39,989 nt of DNA from Puniceicoccales bacterium (GTDB lineage Bacteria; Verrucomicrobiota; Verrucomicrobiia; Opitutales; LL51), in assembly GCA_031268005.1 (NCBI GenBank), contig JAIRYA010000025.1, forward strand, positions 1 to 39,989. The letters are read 5' to 3'. The translations under genes and the position numbers were made by a program. The notes beneath the pieces are model-generated. The model did no database searches, was not told the DNA's origin, and was given only the letters and a program-made list of their open reading frames with translations. This document shows positions 7,586 through 16,449 of this stretch, one piece after another; within the stretch, counting starts at the first letter, position 1; each line of letters begins with the position of its first letter.

Positions 7586-8360
7586 CGGGCATTGTCCATT
7601 CTTCTTGTAAATTCCATTTTTCTTTTAGCGCTTTCAGCTCCCCATTCGCCCCAAGCTCCCTTAAAATTTCATTAAATTCAACCCTAAGGGGCGACCCCTT
7701 TGGAAAGGCAAAGGCAACACCCTCGGTTTCACTCCTAAGATCAAATGCGGAATATTCAAACTCCGGATATTTTTGGCAGTAGATGGGGGTCATACAGGCG
7801 TCTATGTAGACGGCTTTCACTTGCCCGGATTTTAATGCCTCTATGGCCGTCGTTTGATCGTCGAATGGAACTAATTCCGAATCGGACATATTTTTTCCCA
7901 GCAGCTTTGTCATTATGGGATGCATCGGATAGGAAATTTTTTCCCCGCGAAGCTGATCCCTATTCACTATGTAATCGCTTTTTTTAAACATGAAGAGCAT
8001 CATTTCCGGATAATAGCTCACACTATAGTCAATCCCCTGGCGTGTTTCGGGAAAAATGCCCCAATTTTCGAAGGCTACGTCAATCTTTCCCGTTTGCAGC
8101 GCCGTGGGAAGCAATGGGAAACCTATGAATGTGAAAGTAGCTTTTTTTCCAAGTTTTTCGGCGATAAGTTTGGCAAGTTCGACTTCGAAGCCCCCATGAT
8201 TACCATTTTCATCGAAGTACGTCATCGGTATAACTCCCCCTTCCGTTCCAAACCTAATCGTACCATTCTCTTCCTCTCCGCTATCTTTTCCATTCCTTAG
8301 CAATAAAACTATACCCATTACAAGGGTAATCGCCAAAATCAAAATCGCACACTTTTTCAT
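7578..8360 (-). CDS. Amino-acid ABC transporter substrate-binding protein (SBP family 3), copy 1
   Basis: Signal peptide MKKCAILILAITLVMGIVLL, then IRFGTEGGVIPMTYFDENGNHGGFEVELAKLIAEKLGKK, typical of SBP_bac_3. Overlaps the permease start by 8 nt. Confidence 0.85.
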   Translation of the reverse strand: MKKCAILILAITLVMGIVLLLRNGKDSGEEENGTIRFGTEGGVIPMTYFDENGNHGGFEVELAKLIAEKLGKKATFTFIGFPLLPTALQTGKIDVAFENWGIFPETRQGIDYSVSYYPEMMLFMFKKSDYIVNRDQLRGEKISYPMHPIMTKLLGKNMSDSELVPFDDQTTAIEALKSGQVKAVYIDACMTPIYCQKYPEFEYSAFDLRSETEGVAFAFPKGSPLRVEFNEILRELGANGELKALKEKWNLQEEWTMPDE

Positions 8361-8571
8361 AACACCCTAGTGTAATTGTAAATGATTCCAAAATTTCAAA
8401 CCTATAATTCAAAAAAAATGCATTATTATAAAAACCTATGGCGTCACTTTGAATGCAACGGAAAAATATCGACTTTTCGCCGACAAAAAGTCCCCCGAAA
8501 GCGAAAATGTTCAATTTTTTTAACACCCTTATATAACTAAATATTTCATAAACATCACGAATCTTTAGCAT
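8361..8571 (-). pseudogene. Decayed remnant of a second ABC ATPase (glnQ-like) gene
   Basis: The reverse complement of 8522-8571 (atgctaaagattcgtgatgtttatgaaatatttagttatataagggtgtt) aligns ungapped, 35/50 identical, with the 5' end of the intact ATPase gene (reverse complement of 6899-6948). It occupies the same syntenic position with the same 17-nt overlap with the permease stop. No Walker A follows, and only ~210 bp remain. Confidence 0.55.
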
Positions 8572-9202
8572 ATGGCTTCCATTTTTCAATTTTTTTTCCA
8601 ACAAATTCGATGGATAAAACGAGGCCGTAGTAATACACACCCGCCATGCAAAGCGGCATGAGATATTCGTATTGTTCCGCCGCAACCGTTTGAGCTCTTC
8701 TCATAATATCCAAACCGCCAATCATGGCGATCAGTGCCGTTTCCTTAAGCAAGGCAATCACCTCATTGACCATAGCCGGAAAAATATTGGCGATCACCTG
8801 GGGTAAAATGATATCCTTCCACATGTAAAAACGCGTAATCTCAAGGGTTTTCGCCGCCTCAAATTGCCCCTTGGGCAGACTTTCGATGCCGGATCTCAAT
8901 ATTTCCGCCACATAGGCAGAGCTGTTGATTCCAAATGCCCAAATACCCGCCCATAGAAAGCTGAGTCTAAATCCTAGGATGCTCGGCGCTATGAAATAGA
9001 TAAAACTCAATTGGAGTATGAGCGGTGTTCCCCTTAAAAGGGAAATTATTCCAGTGATAATCGGCCCGGCGATGCCACTGTATCTCAGCACGGATAATAC
9101 AATACCTAGAATTGTTCCAATGAAAACCCCTCCAAATGTCAGCTGCAATGTGAGGAGGACTCCGGATCCGATGTATAGAAAATTGGGAATTACTTTATTC
9201 AT
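8555..9202 (-). CDS. Polar amino-acid ABC transporter permease, copy 2
   Basis: 215 aa, clear paralogue of 6932..7585. Shared strings include INSSAYVAEI, ESLPKGQFEAAKTLEITRFYMWKDIILPQV and YYYGLVLxIEFxGKKIEK. Confidence 0.9.
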   Translation of the reverse strand: MNKVIPNFLYIGSGVLLTLQLTFGGVFIGTILGIVLSVLRYSGIAGPIITGIISLLRGTPLILQLSFIYFIAPSILGFRLSFLWAGIWAFGINSSAYVAEILRSGIESLPKGQFEAAKTLEITRFYMWKDIILPQVIANIFPAMVNEVIALLKETALIAMIGGLDIMRRAQTVAAEQYEYLMPLCMAGVYYYGLVLSIEFVGKKIEKWKPYAKDS

Positions 9203-9968
9203 CTGCCAATTTCCAGGTTTCTTTCAGCCCCCATTTATCTTCTAGCATCCGCAATTCTCCACTGGATTCCAAATTTTTTAAAGTTTCATTGATTTCGTTT
9301 TTCAACGGTGAACCCTTGGGAAGGGCCATGGCTATGCCCTCACTAATTCTCAGAGAATCCAGTGAAAAATAGGTCAATTCGGGATTTTCTTTGCAATAAA
9401 TTTCGGCCACAAATACGTCCATGTAAACGCATTCCGTTTGCCCGGCTTTTAAGGATTCTACGGCAAGGCCCATTTTATCCATGGAAACTAATTCCGCATG
9501 GGGTAGTTTTTCTTCCAGGCATTTTTTGATTCGACCGCTGAGCTGATAGATAATTTTTTTCCTAGAAAGCTGCCCTTGGCTTCCTATGGGATCGCTTTTT
9601 TTGTGCAAAAATACCATCTTTTCGGGATAGTAGGAAAGTGTGAAATCGAATTTTTTCCTCGATTCCGGGGTTACACCGAAGGCCGCGATAATCACATCTA
9701 TGAATCCCTTTTCCAAAGCCACCGAAAGGAAATCGAAATTCATATCATCAAAAATTGCATTTTTTCCGAGTTTTTCGGCTATAAGCTCGGCCAATTCGAT
9801 CTCGAATCCCGTCATCTTCCCTTCCCGATAATATTCCATGGGCGGATAGTCGGCGGAGGTCCCAAATCTTATGGTGTTGCTTTTTTCTCCATTTTTGCGA
9901 TTGAACGACACAAAAACAATGGCCGCTGCGACCGTAAACAACAACGCCCATAAAATATATTTTTTCAT
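9195..9968 (-). CDS. Amino-acid ABC transporter substrate-binding protein (SBP family 3), copy 2
   Basis: Paralogue of 7578..8360 (IRFGTSADYPPMEYYREGKMTGFEIELAELIAEKLGKN). Start set to MKKYILWALLF (9968) by analogy with copy 1; the ORF track extends to 9986. Confidence 0.85.
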   Translation of the reverse strand: MKKYILWALLFTVAAAIVFVSFNRKNGEKSNTIRFGTSADYPPMEYYREGKMTGFEIELAELIAEKLGKNAIFDDMNFDFLSVALEKGFIDVIIAAFGVTPESRKKFDFTLSYYPEKMVFLHKKSDPIGSQGQLSRKKIIYQLSGRIKKCLEEKLPHAELVSMDKMGLAVESLKAGQTECVYMDVFVAEIYCKENPELTYFSLDSLRISEGIAMALPKGSPLKNEINETLKNLESSGELRMLEDKWGLKETWKLADE

Positions 9969-10169
9969 ATCTTTTCCGAAATTCATAGTAAATTTACTTC
10001 GAATGCAAAGTCGAAATTTGTTTTTTTTAAATTATAATATCTTGAAGCTTTACCAGCAGAAAATGCGGCGGCGGAGTTAAACTTCATCGCCCACCGAAAA
10101 AAAATTCCATCCCTAGCATTTATAAATATAGGGATTGACCGCATCTCCTTTTTTCTTGGACTAGAGTTA

Positions 10170-11345
10170 ATGGATCGGGATGGTTTTACACTGGAAAGGA
10201 AGTTTATTCGTAGGTTGAAATATTTGCCAGCGATTTTTTCGTTGGATGTGATGGTTTTTTTTGCTTTGCCAACGCTTTCTGCCAGCGAAGGGTCTACCGA
10301 TCCAGCCCATAGGAGCCGGCAATATTCAAAAATAAAAAAAGATGATGCGCTGTCTTGTCCCTCGCGGGTGAGGCACCTTTCAAAGGAATTTGCCTGGACA
10401 TTGAGAAAACAATTTTCCCTCCCATTGGACGAAGAACAAAATGTTTCAGAAAAAAAAGAAGCGAAGGCACTAGCCGAAGAATTGATCGAAATTTTAAGTG
10501 AATTTGTCGTCTCCAATTCGGATTTAATCCTCCTTCATCTTTCGTCGGCGAAGTTGCATAAAACAACTCATCGGGAAATTTATAGGGAAGTTTCTTGCCT
10601 CGCCTTGGAGCAAATCTTTTCCATGGCGCTGAGTTTGGGCTGCATCGATGAATTGGTAAAACAATTAGAGGAAGGCCGTGAAGGTATAGTACTTATAAAA
10701 CTGCGCGATAAACTCGAAACGACTACCCATATTTCGACAATTATAGAGGAAAGCGAAGAACCCAAGAGAAAATTTTCAGAGCGGCATGCGGAACTCATGA
10801 GCAATGAAATTTATTTAATTACTTCGAGCTATAAAAAACTATTCAACTGGAATGGTCGAGAAATAATACCGCTTTCCTCCGAAGTCATTGCCCTGATAAA
10901 CGAAACCAGAAAATGTGTCTCGAAATCACTATTGCCTTCGACGCTACTGGATTCCTTTCTGTATACATTGGCAACTTTTATTGTCGTTGAGTCCAATAGA
11001 ATTGCCGAAACATCGCCCGAAAAATTTATTTTTGACATCTACACATCCACCGTTTATACCGCATTACAAAACATTTTGCCCATGGTTTCAGTTTCCGGGT
11101 TGACATGGGGATTTGCCAATTCGTTGAAAAACAATAAATCTAAATCAAAAATTAGTAAAAAATTAAAGTCTCTATTCCAGGAAAAAGCGCCCCACATCCT
11201 AAATAACCGCGGGGCAGTGGAGGAAAAAAGATATATAAAAAATCAAATGCATGACATTCATGCGAAACTTCACGAGGTCGTTAAAGAATATTTCAGCGTA
11301 TTTCACAAGCGAAAAACCTTCGGTTCCATTCCTTCCCCACTGTGA
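10170..11345 (+). CDS. Hypothetical protein, probably secreted
   Basis: 391-aa ORF with a signal-like segment LPAIFSLDVMVFFALPTLSASEG; the true start may be the Met at 10251. Largely helical, with no recognisable motif. Terminator-like hairpins follow. Confidence 0.55.
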   Translation: MDRDGFTLERKFIRRLKYLPAIFSLDVMVFFALPTLSASEGSTDPAHRSRQYSKIKKDDALSCPSRVRHLSKEFAWTLRKQFSLPLDEEQNVSEKKEAKALAEELIEILSEFVVSNSDLILLHLSSAKLHKTTHREIYREVSCLALEQIFSMALSLGCIDELVKQLEEGREGIVLIKLRDKLETTTHISTIIEESEEPKRKFSERHAELMSNEIYLITSSYKKLFNWNGREIIPLSSEVIALINETRKCVSKSLLPSTLLDSFLYTLATFIVVESNRIAETSPEKFIFDIYTSTVYTALQNILPMVSVSGLTWGFANSLKNNKSKSKISKKLKSLFQEKAPHILNNRGAVEEKRYIKNQMHDIHAKLHEVVKEYFSVFHKRKTFGSIPSPL

Positions 11346-11475
11346 AGTTCCCGCGGGCTTGCCCTAAGGGGCTCCGCGCCCCTAGGATCATCGCCAGGAG
11401 ACAAGTCTCCTGGACCTTTTTTAAGCCCAATGCCTTTGCAATCTGCAATGCCATTGGGCAAAGGAGTTTTTTTTC
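11346..11475 (+). repeat. Interspersed palindromic repeat, module B copy (dual terminator-like hairpins)
   Basis: ccaggagacaagtctcctgg (11394-11413) followed by a T-run. Then gcccaatgcctttgcaatctgcaatgccattgggc (11425-11459) followed by a T-run. Homologous to 17418-17525. Confidence 0.75.
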
Positions 11476-11687
11476 AATGAGTCTTTTTGGGAATTAGAGC
11501 TCTTTTTAAGACAGTGGGAGGGAATAGCATCGCGTTAAAAATTTTGGCGAAATTTTGGGTTTTCCGCTTTTTACTAGTATCGCAGGGGACTATTTTTTTC
11601 TTGGACTAGAATAAAGACTAAAAATAATATTTTTTTACATAAATGTATTGTAAAAATAATTTAATTTATTATTTTATTAAATTATCT

Positions 11688-13751
11688 ATGAAAAAATTTA
11701 TAAGCATACTTGTTTTGGCGTGTGTGGGACTGGTTTCCTTCGGCGCGGAAATGGAAAATAGCCCCCTTGTTCTCCAAGATTTACGTGGCAATTCCCATGT
11801 TGTACCCTGGTTTAGGAATATACAACCCGATCTGTTGCACCTTATTAGGCGCAGCTATTGGCTTACAAAGCGTTCCTCCGAAAATAATTTTCTGCGGGAA
11901 AATCAAATGTTAAATGGCAACGACCACTTGAAAATAAAAGAAACGGGGCACCAATGGTTTTGTGATCGCAATTTTACTGGAATTCATGGAAAAATTGAGG
12001 GCACTTCCTGGATTCGTACGGCACTAAATTACTTCATGGAGTGCTTGACCTGTGGAAATTTTCAAGCCGAACTTGATTTCCCCGGATTTGTTGCCCTAAA
12101 ACAGCCTACGGATGACTGCGAATACTACGTCATTAGCGTCGTATTTAGGGGTTCTCAAAGTGAAGATTTTCAACCGAAGTCGGGAATGCTCGGAGCGAGT
12201 TGGGCGACCAATTATGATGCGCTTCCCCTTGCGGTCGATCCCTTGGCATACGGATTCGAAGGGACTATGCACAGCGGTTATCTGACAAAGATGAACTATT
12301 GCAATGCTTCCCGCGATGATCTCCTTGAAATGGTCGATCAGGGTGAAATTAATAATCCGCTCAAAACCATTTCCAATCTGAATTTCATCAATCCTCTCGA
12401 TGAAAGCATTGGGCGTATAATTTCAACTATTCCGGAAGAGGAGCGATTCAAGATCCGCTTTGTTGTAACCGGGCATAGCCAGGGTGCAGGATTGGCTCAG
12501 ATTGGTTTACCCCATATGATTAGGCACTTTGGAAAGGAAATTCCCGGCTTTGTGGATAATATTTCGACGCCAAGATTTTTTGGATATTTTCTATCGGCTC
12601 CCCACGTCGCCGCCGGTCAGGAGACGGTGAATAATTATGCTAATTTCGTGGGCTACGATAATATGATCACCCACGCTGCCTTTCGCGATATTGTAACCAT
12701 TGCTTCCCTTCCCAATTATATGATCCTCGGTCACTTTGCCTGCGATTCGGCATATGACACTATTTATCGCGGAATTTGTTCGGAAATTGCCTACAATAAT
12801 CGCCTGTTTTTGCTCAATTTTTTTAAAAATTGCCTCGATAGGGATAGCTTTGATAGGGATGATGCAAACCATTGGCGTTATCGCGAAGATCCGGATTTAG
12901 TCATTTGCTGGAGAGAAATAAAAAATATTTTAAATTATATCGATTTTTCATACGATGGCATTGGGAAAGATGGCATTGTGCAAATACTCAATCTGGGACT
13001 TGATTGCTACCACAAAAGAAACAAAATGCCCGAAACGGATCATTTTTTCAGGGAAGATCAGGTACCCTTTAAAAACCAGATGGATTGGGAAAAAATTCGG
13101 GATATTTGTCGCGGGGATCTGCATCCCTCGGAAATTCGCCTTGACGGAGATCGTTGTGCCATTATTCATCGCATCGTCGAGAATATCCATGGGGACACGG
13201 TCACTTTTTCATCGGATGGAACATTTAATATTTCTTCCCTAATCGACACGGTATTGGATTTAATGGACGCGGAACATGGCTCGGAAAATCCAGGCGGATT
13301 TAGGGAATATCTTAGGCGAATTTTTTGCTGTTCCTGCTGCTGGGGTGAAGAGCCAAAGGCGTCGTCATCGTTTATATTTGATCCAAATTTTAGAGAATTG
13401 CTTGCGACAAATGGTATCCATCCGGAGGATTATGGCATTACGCCGGCGGGGCGCGTATCCCTAATTGCCTATTTACACTATGGCTCCAAGTCCTTTGAAT
13501 CCACTTTATTCGATGAATTTTTACCTTCTCGCAACTTAGATTTTGCGCTAAAAAATGGGAAAATTGCCATGAATGATGCACATCCCCTATTACATTCGGA
13601 AATAGGTGACCCTATGGCCGAAAACAATGCCGATGAAAATATTGTGTCTTTAAGACGAGTTAGCGATAGTTCTGCGCACAAAGGGATAATTCATAGCAAA
13701 ATATCAACTATTCATTTTCCATTAAACCTTTATCACGAAGGAATAGAATGA
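11688..13751 (+). CDS. Secreted class-3 (fungal/eukaryote-type) lipase family protein with a long C-terminal extension
   Basis: Signal peptide MKKFISILVLACVGLVSFGA; start chosen at 11688 rather than 11643. Nucleophile elbow VVTGHSQGAGLAQ (GHSxG) sits in a Lipase_3-like context (VISVVFRGSQS...). About 400 aa lie C-terminal to the catalytic core, including a CCSCC cluster. Confidence 0.8.
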   Translation: MKKFISILVLACVGLVSFGAEMENSPLVLQDLRGNSHVVPWFRNIQPDLLHLIRRSYWLTKRSSENNFLRENQMLNGNDHLKIKETGHQWFCDRNFTGIHGKIEGTSWIRTALNYFMECLTCGNFQAELDFPGFVALKQPTDDCEYYVISVVFRGSQSEDFQPKSGMLGASWATNYDALPLAVDPLAYGFEGTMHSGYLTKMNYCNASRDDLLEMVDQGEINNPLKTISNLNFINPLDESIGRIISTIPEEERFKIRFVVTGHSQGAGLAQIGLPHMIRHFGKEIPGFVDNISTPRFFGYFLSAPHVAAGQETVNNYANFVGYDNMITHAAFRDIVTIASLPNYMILGHFACDSAYDTIYRGICSEIAYNNRLFLLNFFKNCLDRDSFDRDDANHWRYREDPDLVICWREIKNILNYIDFSYDGIGKDGIVQILNLGLDCYHKRNKMPETDHFFREDQVPFKNQMDWEKIRDICRGDLHPSEIRLDGDRCAIIHRIVENIHGDTVTFSSDGTFNISSLIDTVLDLMDAEHGSENPGGFREYLRRIFCCSCCWGEEPKASSSFIFDPNFRELLATNGIHPEDYGITPAGRVSLIAYLHYGSKSFESTLFDEFLPSRNLDFALKNGKIAMNDAHPLLHSEIGDPMAENNADENIVSLRRVSDSSAHKGIIHSKISTIHFPLNLYHEGIE

Positions 13752-14703
13752 GGTCATTCACATTCTTTGCGTTCGGAACATTGGACATGGACATTTGCTT
13801 CCATACTTCCCTTACAAAGCTTTCATCCAAGGAGTTTTTTTCAATTCCTTCAATCTCATCATCCCCAATTTCCCTATCTTTTGCGAAATTTCTCATAATA
13901 CCTTGCATAATACCTTGCAACTGTCCTCTCAGTTCCACGCGTTTTAGTTCGTCGCCATAGCCATCCACCTCCTCCTCTTCTTTGACGTACTCCTCCCGTT
14001 TTTTGGGGTCTAGGCCGATGTATTCCAACTGGCGGAGAACTTGCTCCATTCGCATGGGCATGCCGAGATCCCTGCAGCGCCCAATCTCTCCTCCATCGAA
14101 GCGATCGGAATACTTTATTATATAGTACCACCATTCCAAATCGGACAGTTTTCTCTCCACGGGAAATTTGAGCTCCCCGATGCCTTTTCCCTTTAACTCC
14201 ACCTGGATCAAATGAATCCCCTTCACCGTTTCGTAGGGGAGAAGCTGACCATTTTGACCCGCTTTTAGGGAAAATTTATTGATCATTTCGTAGTACTTCA
14301 GCGCCGAATCGCCGTTCGTGGAATAGTCCACGAATTGTATGGCGTAGACATCCTTTATCTGGGGCGCCCATTGCCCCCCCTCAAATTCCTGGTTGGCGAA
14401 GGTCGACGCCGCGTAGAACAGCACCCGCTTGTCAAAATTAGTGTGGTGAATCACCTGCATGTCCACGATGATGTGCTCCCGCCTCTCCGATATGGCGTGG
14501 TAATCCATGGATGCAAAGGAATTGTAGCCCCTCAGGGGGATTTCCAATCTCTCCTGGTTCGTGGCGATGGTTACGGGGGCAACACCCACGTGGCCTAGGA
14601 GTTCGTTGATCAGCGTCTCCGCCGTATCCGGATCGGACAGCATCCTCTTGAACCCGACGTCGCTCGTCGCCCGTATGAATCGCGTATTGCTTTCCCTATG
14701 CAT
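13708..14703 (-). CDS. PD-(D/E)XK nuclease family, Rpn-type recombination-promoting nuclease / putative transposase
   Basis: N-terminal SDVGFKRML motif. Core is MDYHAIS...IIVDMQVIHHTNFDKRVLFYAASTF (D...D/E-x-Q...R..FY). C-terminal tail is shared with 37317..38660 and 38712..39989. Confidence 0.8.
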   Translation of the reverse strand: MHRESNTRFIRATSDVGFKRMLSDPDTAETLINELLGHVGVAPVTIATNQERLEIPLRGYNSFASMDYHAISERREHIIVDMQVIHHTNFDKRVLFYAASTFANQEFEGGQWAPQIKDVYAIQFVDYSTNGDSALKYYEMINKFSLKAGQNGQLLPYETVKGIHLIQVELKGKGIGELKFPVERKLSDLEWWYYIIKYSDRFDGGEIGRCRDLGMPMRMEQVLRQLEYIGLDPKKREEYVKEEEEVDGYGDELKRVELRGQLQGIMQGIMRNFAKDREIGDDEIEGIEKNSLDESFVREVWKQMSMSNVPNAKNVNDLILFLRDKGLMENE

Positions 14704-14780
14704 ATATCCATACTCCTAACTTTTTCCTTAAATTGTCAAGGATAACAACTTCACAGCTATCGCTTCTATCGGATGTTTAT

Positions 14781-14806
14781 AAAAAAACTTTCCCAGAAAC
14801 GGGAAA
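14781..14806 (-). terminator. Rho-independent terminator candidate downstream of the FKBP gene
   Basis: Minus strand reads tttcccgtttctgggaaa followed by gttttttta: a 6-bp stem, 6-nt loop and U-run. Confidence 0.5.
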
Positions 14807-14888
14807 TTGTTTACTCATAACCTAGACCCGTTCTTAAAGGCGAGCCTAGGATTTGTATTGTATTCAAATAAAATTCAAAAAATTTATT

Positions 14889-15722
14889 TTATAAATTTAC
14901 TACCTCTTTCGCCAATTCTTTGGCTGACTCTTTCACCAATTTTGGATCCGTAATTTTGTGTATTTCGAACCTAAATTCCAGCGTTGATCCACCGGGAACG
15001 GGACCAATCCTTTGGTCGCCATAGCCGAGATCGGGTGGTAAAAATGCCTGAATTTCTCCGCCTTGTCCGATAAAAGGAAGGACTTCTTGCACACCGGAAA
15101 CGAGCGAGCCCAGGTGAAGAGAGGCCTTTTCCTTTCGCTCATAGCTGCTATCAAAAACTTTTCCATCGATGAGTTTTCCTTCATAGTCAACTTCGAGGGT
15201 ACAGTCACTATTAGCGCGAACGGCATCGCCCACTTTAATAATTTTGTAAAGCAAACCCGAAGCCGTTTTTTGAATACCCGGTTCCTTACTCTTAGTTTCT
15301 AAAAATTTTTTTCCCGATTCTTTTCTCATTTCAAGCTGTTCCTGTACTTTTTTGACAAAAAAACTTTCCATCTTTTCAAAATCTTCCTCCTTGGAAAGAA
15401 GAGATTCTTCTCCCTTCGCACCGCTTCTAAAACCGGCACAAACCAATTCCAGTTCCGTCGGATTTAGACCTAAATCCGAAAGACCACCGCCGCTGGCAAT
15501 GGCAAAGCCAATAGTTTTTAGAAACGTATCCGTTTGTTCTTTTGTAAGAGGAACCTCTCCTCCCGTCTTTTCTCCACCGGGAGCAAGCCGCGTCTGAACA
15601 GTATTGAAACTTTCATCATCATAGTCCGGAAAATTTAATTCCGAACTTGGATTCGCTGAAAATAAAAAACCTCCGCCTAGTAATACGGACGATATTAACC
15701 CATTCTTTAATTCCTTTAACAT
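14889..15722 (-). CDS. FKBP-type peptidyl-prolyl cis-trans isomerase, Mip-like
   Basis: Signal-like N-terminus and long helical linker. C-terminal FKBP domain: GLLYKIIKVGD...VDYEGKLIDGKVFDSSYERKEKASLHLGSLVSGVQEVLPFI...PPDLGYGDQRIGPVPGGSTLEFRFEI. Confidence 0.85.
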   Translation of the reverse strand: MLKELKNGLISSVLLGGGFLFSANPSSELNFPDYDDESFNTVQTRLAPGGEKTGGEVPLTKEQTDTFLKTIGFAIASGGGLSDLGLNPTELELVCAGFRSGAKGEESLLSKEEDFEKMESFFVKKVQEQLEMRKESGKKFLETKSKEPGIQKTASGLLYKIIKVGDAVRANSDCTLEVDYEGKLIDGKVFDSSYERKEKASLHLGSLVSGVQEVLPFIGQGGEIQAFLPPDLGYGDQRIGPVPGGSTLEFRFEIHKITDPKLVKESAKELAKEVVNL

Positions 15723-15932
15723 AATTCTTAAATTAATTTCGATCTTTAGACATAGGAAAAAAATAAATTAAAACAAGAAAATAACAAAATTTTTTTAGTT
15801 TATCTTTTTTCCTCTGAATTTAGAAAAACACAAAAATCTCTCCGTTTCTCGATTCTAAAATAAAAACACCCTTTTTTCTTCTAATAAAAGAAAATTTACA
15901 TACCTTTCATTTACTACCAACCTCCTCCAAAG

Positions 15933-15956
15933 GCCCTCGGTTTTTAAACCGAGGGC
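15933..15956 (-). terminator. Hairpin downstream of rpsT (weak terminator candidate)
   Basis: gccctcggtttttaaaccgagggc forms a 9-10 bp stem. The U-tail on the minus strand is poor (cttt). Confidence 0.35.
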
Positions 15957-15982
15957 TGGATGGGATATGGATGGGAAATTCT

Positions 15983-16231
15983 TTAGAAGGCAAACTCACT
16001 CATCATGCTTTTCTGTCTCGATGCCCTATTACGATGAATAATGCCAACTTTTACGGCCTTATCCATGGACGAAATATATTCACGTACCGCTTCACTCAAC
16101 CCTTCGCCCCTTTGATTTATAAGAACTTTAATTTTTTTAAACTGCGTTCGCAGACGACTTACAACTCTCCGGTTACGTATCTCGCGCTTTGCGGCTTGCC
16201 TCACACTTTTTAATACTTTCTTATTTGCCAT
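15983..16231 (-). CDS. rpsT: 30S ribosomal protein S20
   Basis: MANKKVLKSVRQAAKREIRNRRVVSRLRT...GIIHRNRASRQKS matches the bS20 pattern (MANxKSAxK...N...R...K...IHKN.A.R.K). Confidence 0.9.
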   Translation of the reverse strand: MANKKVLKSVRQAAKREIRNRRVVSRLRTQFKKIKVLINQRGEGLSEAVREYISSMDKAVKVGIIHRNRASRQKSMMSEFAF

Positions 16232-16261
16232 CCTTCTTCTCCATTAAATTATTATGTATGT

Positions 16262-16290
16262 ACACTAGCAGTCCATTTGCATACTGTCAA
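16262..16290 (-). promoter_or_regulatory. Sigma70-like promoter candidate for rpsT
   Basis: Minus strand: TTGACA (16290-16285), 17-nt spacer, TAGTGT (16267-16262). Upstream A-tract. GGAGAAG lies before the ATG. Confidence 0.45.
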
Positions 16291-16449
16291 GCAATTTTTT
16301 TTGGAAAATTTAAATCGTGCCCAAAAATCTTATTTTTAAGAAAAATTAACAAAAAACAAGGAGCATAAATTTTCATAATCATCCTCCATTTTACTCCAAT
16401 GCAATTGGCTGAAAATCATTTGGATTGAATCAATTTGGACACAAAATTT

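Noticed and set aside
8281-8685. 134-aa minus-strand ORF spanning the permease-2 / SBP-1 junction
   Set aside because: It runs out of frame through the 3' end of permease copy 2 and into SBP copy 1. Only its portion from Met39 (MLKIRDV..., ATG at 8571) is the decayed ATPase remnant. It has no Walker motifs. I interpret it as a pseudogene remnant, not a functional CDS.
9983-10516. 177-aa minus-strand ORF overlapping the start of 10170..11345
   Set aside because: The product is Ser/Phe-rich and low-complexity, typical of an antisense frame. The plus-strand ORF is much longer, has a signal-like segment and is followed by terminator hairpins.
13874-14598. Alternative-frame ORFs inside the Rpn-like gene (86-aa Arg/Gly-rich ORF on minus, 87-aa ORF on plus)
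   Set aside because: They are embedded in a longer ORF with clear family motifs. Their compositions (poly-R/G) are typical of off-frame translation of a GC-richer gene.
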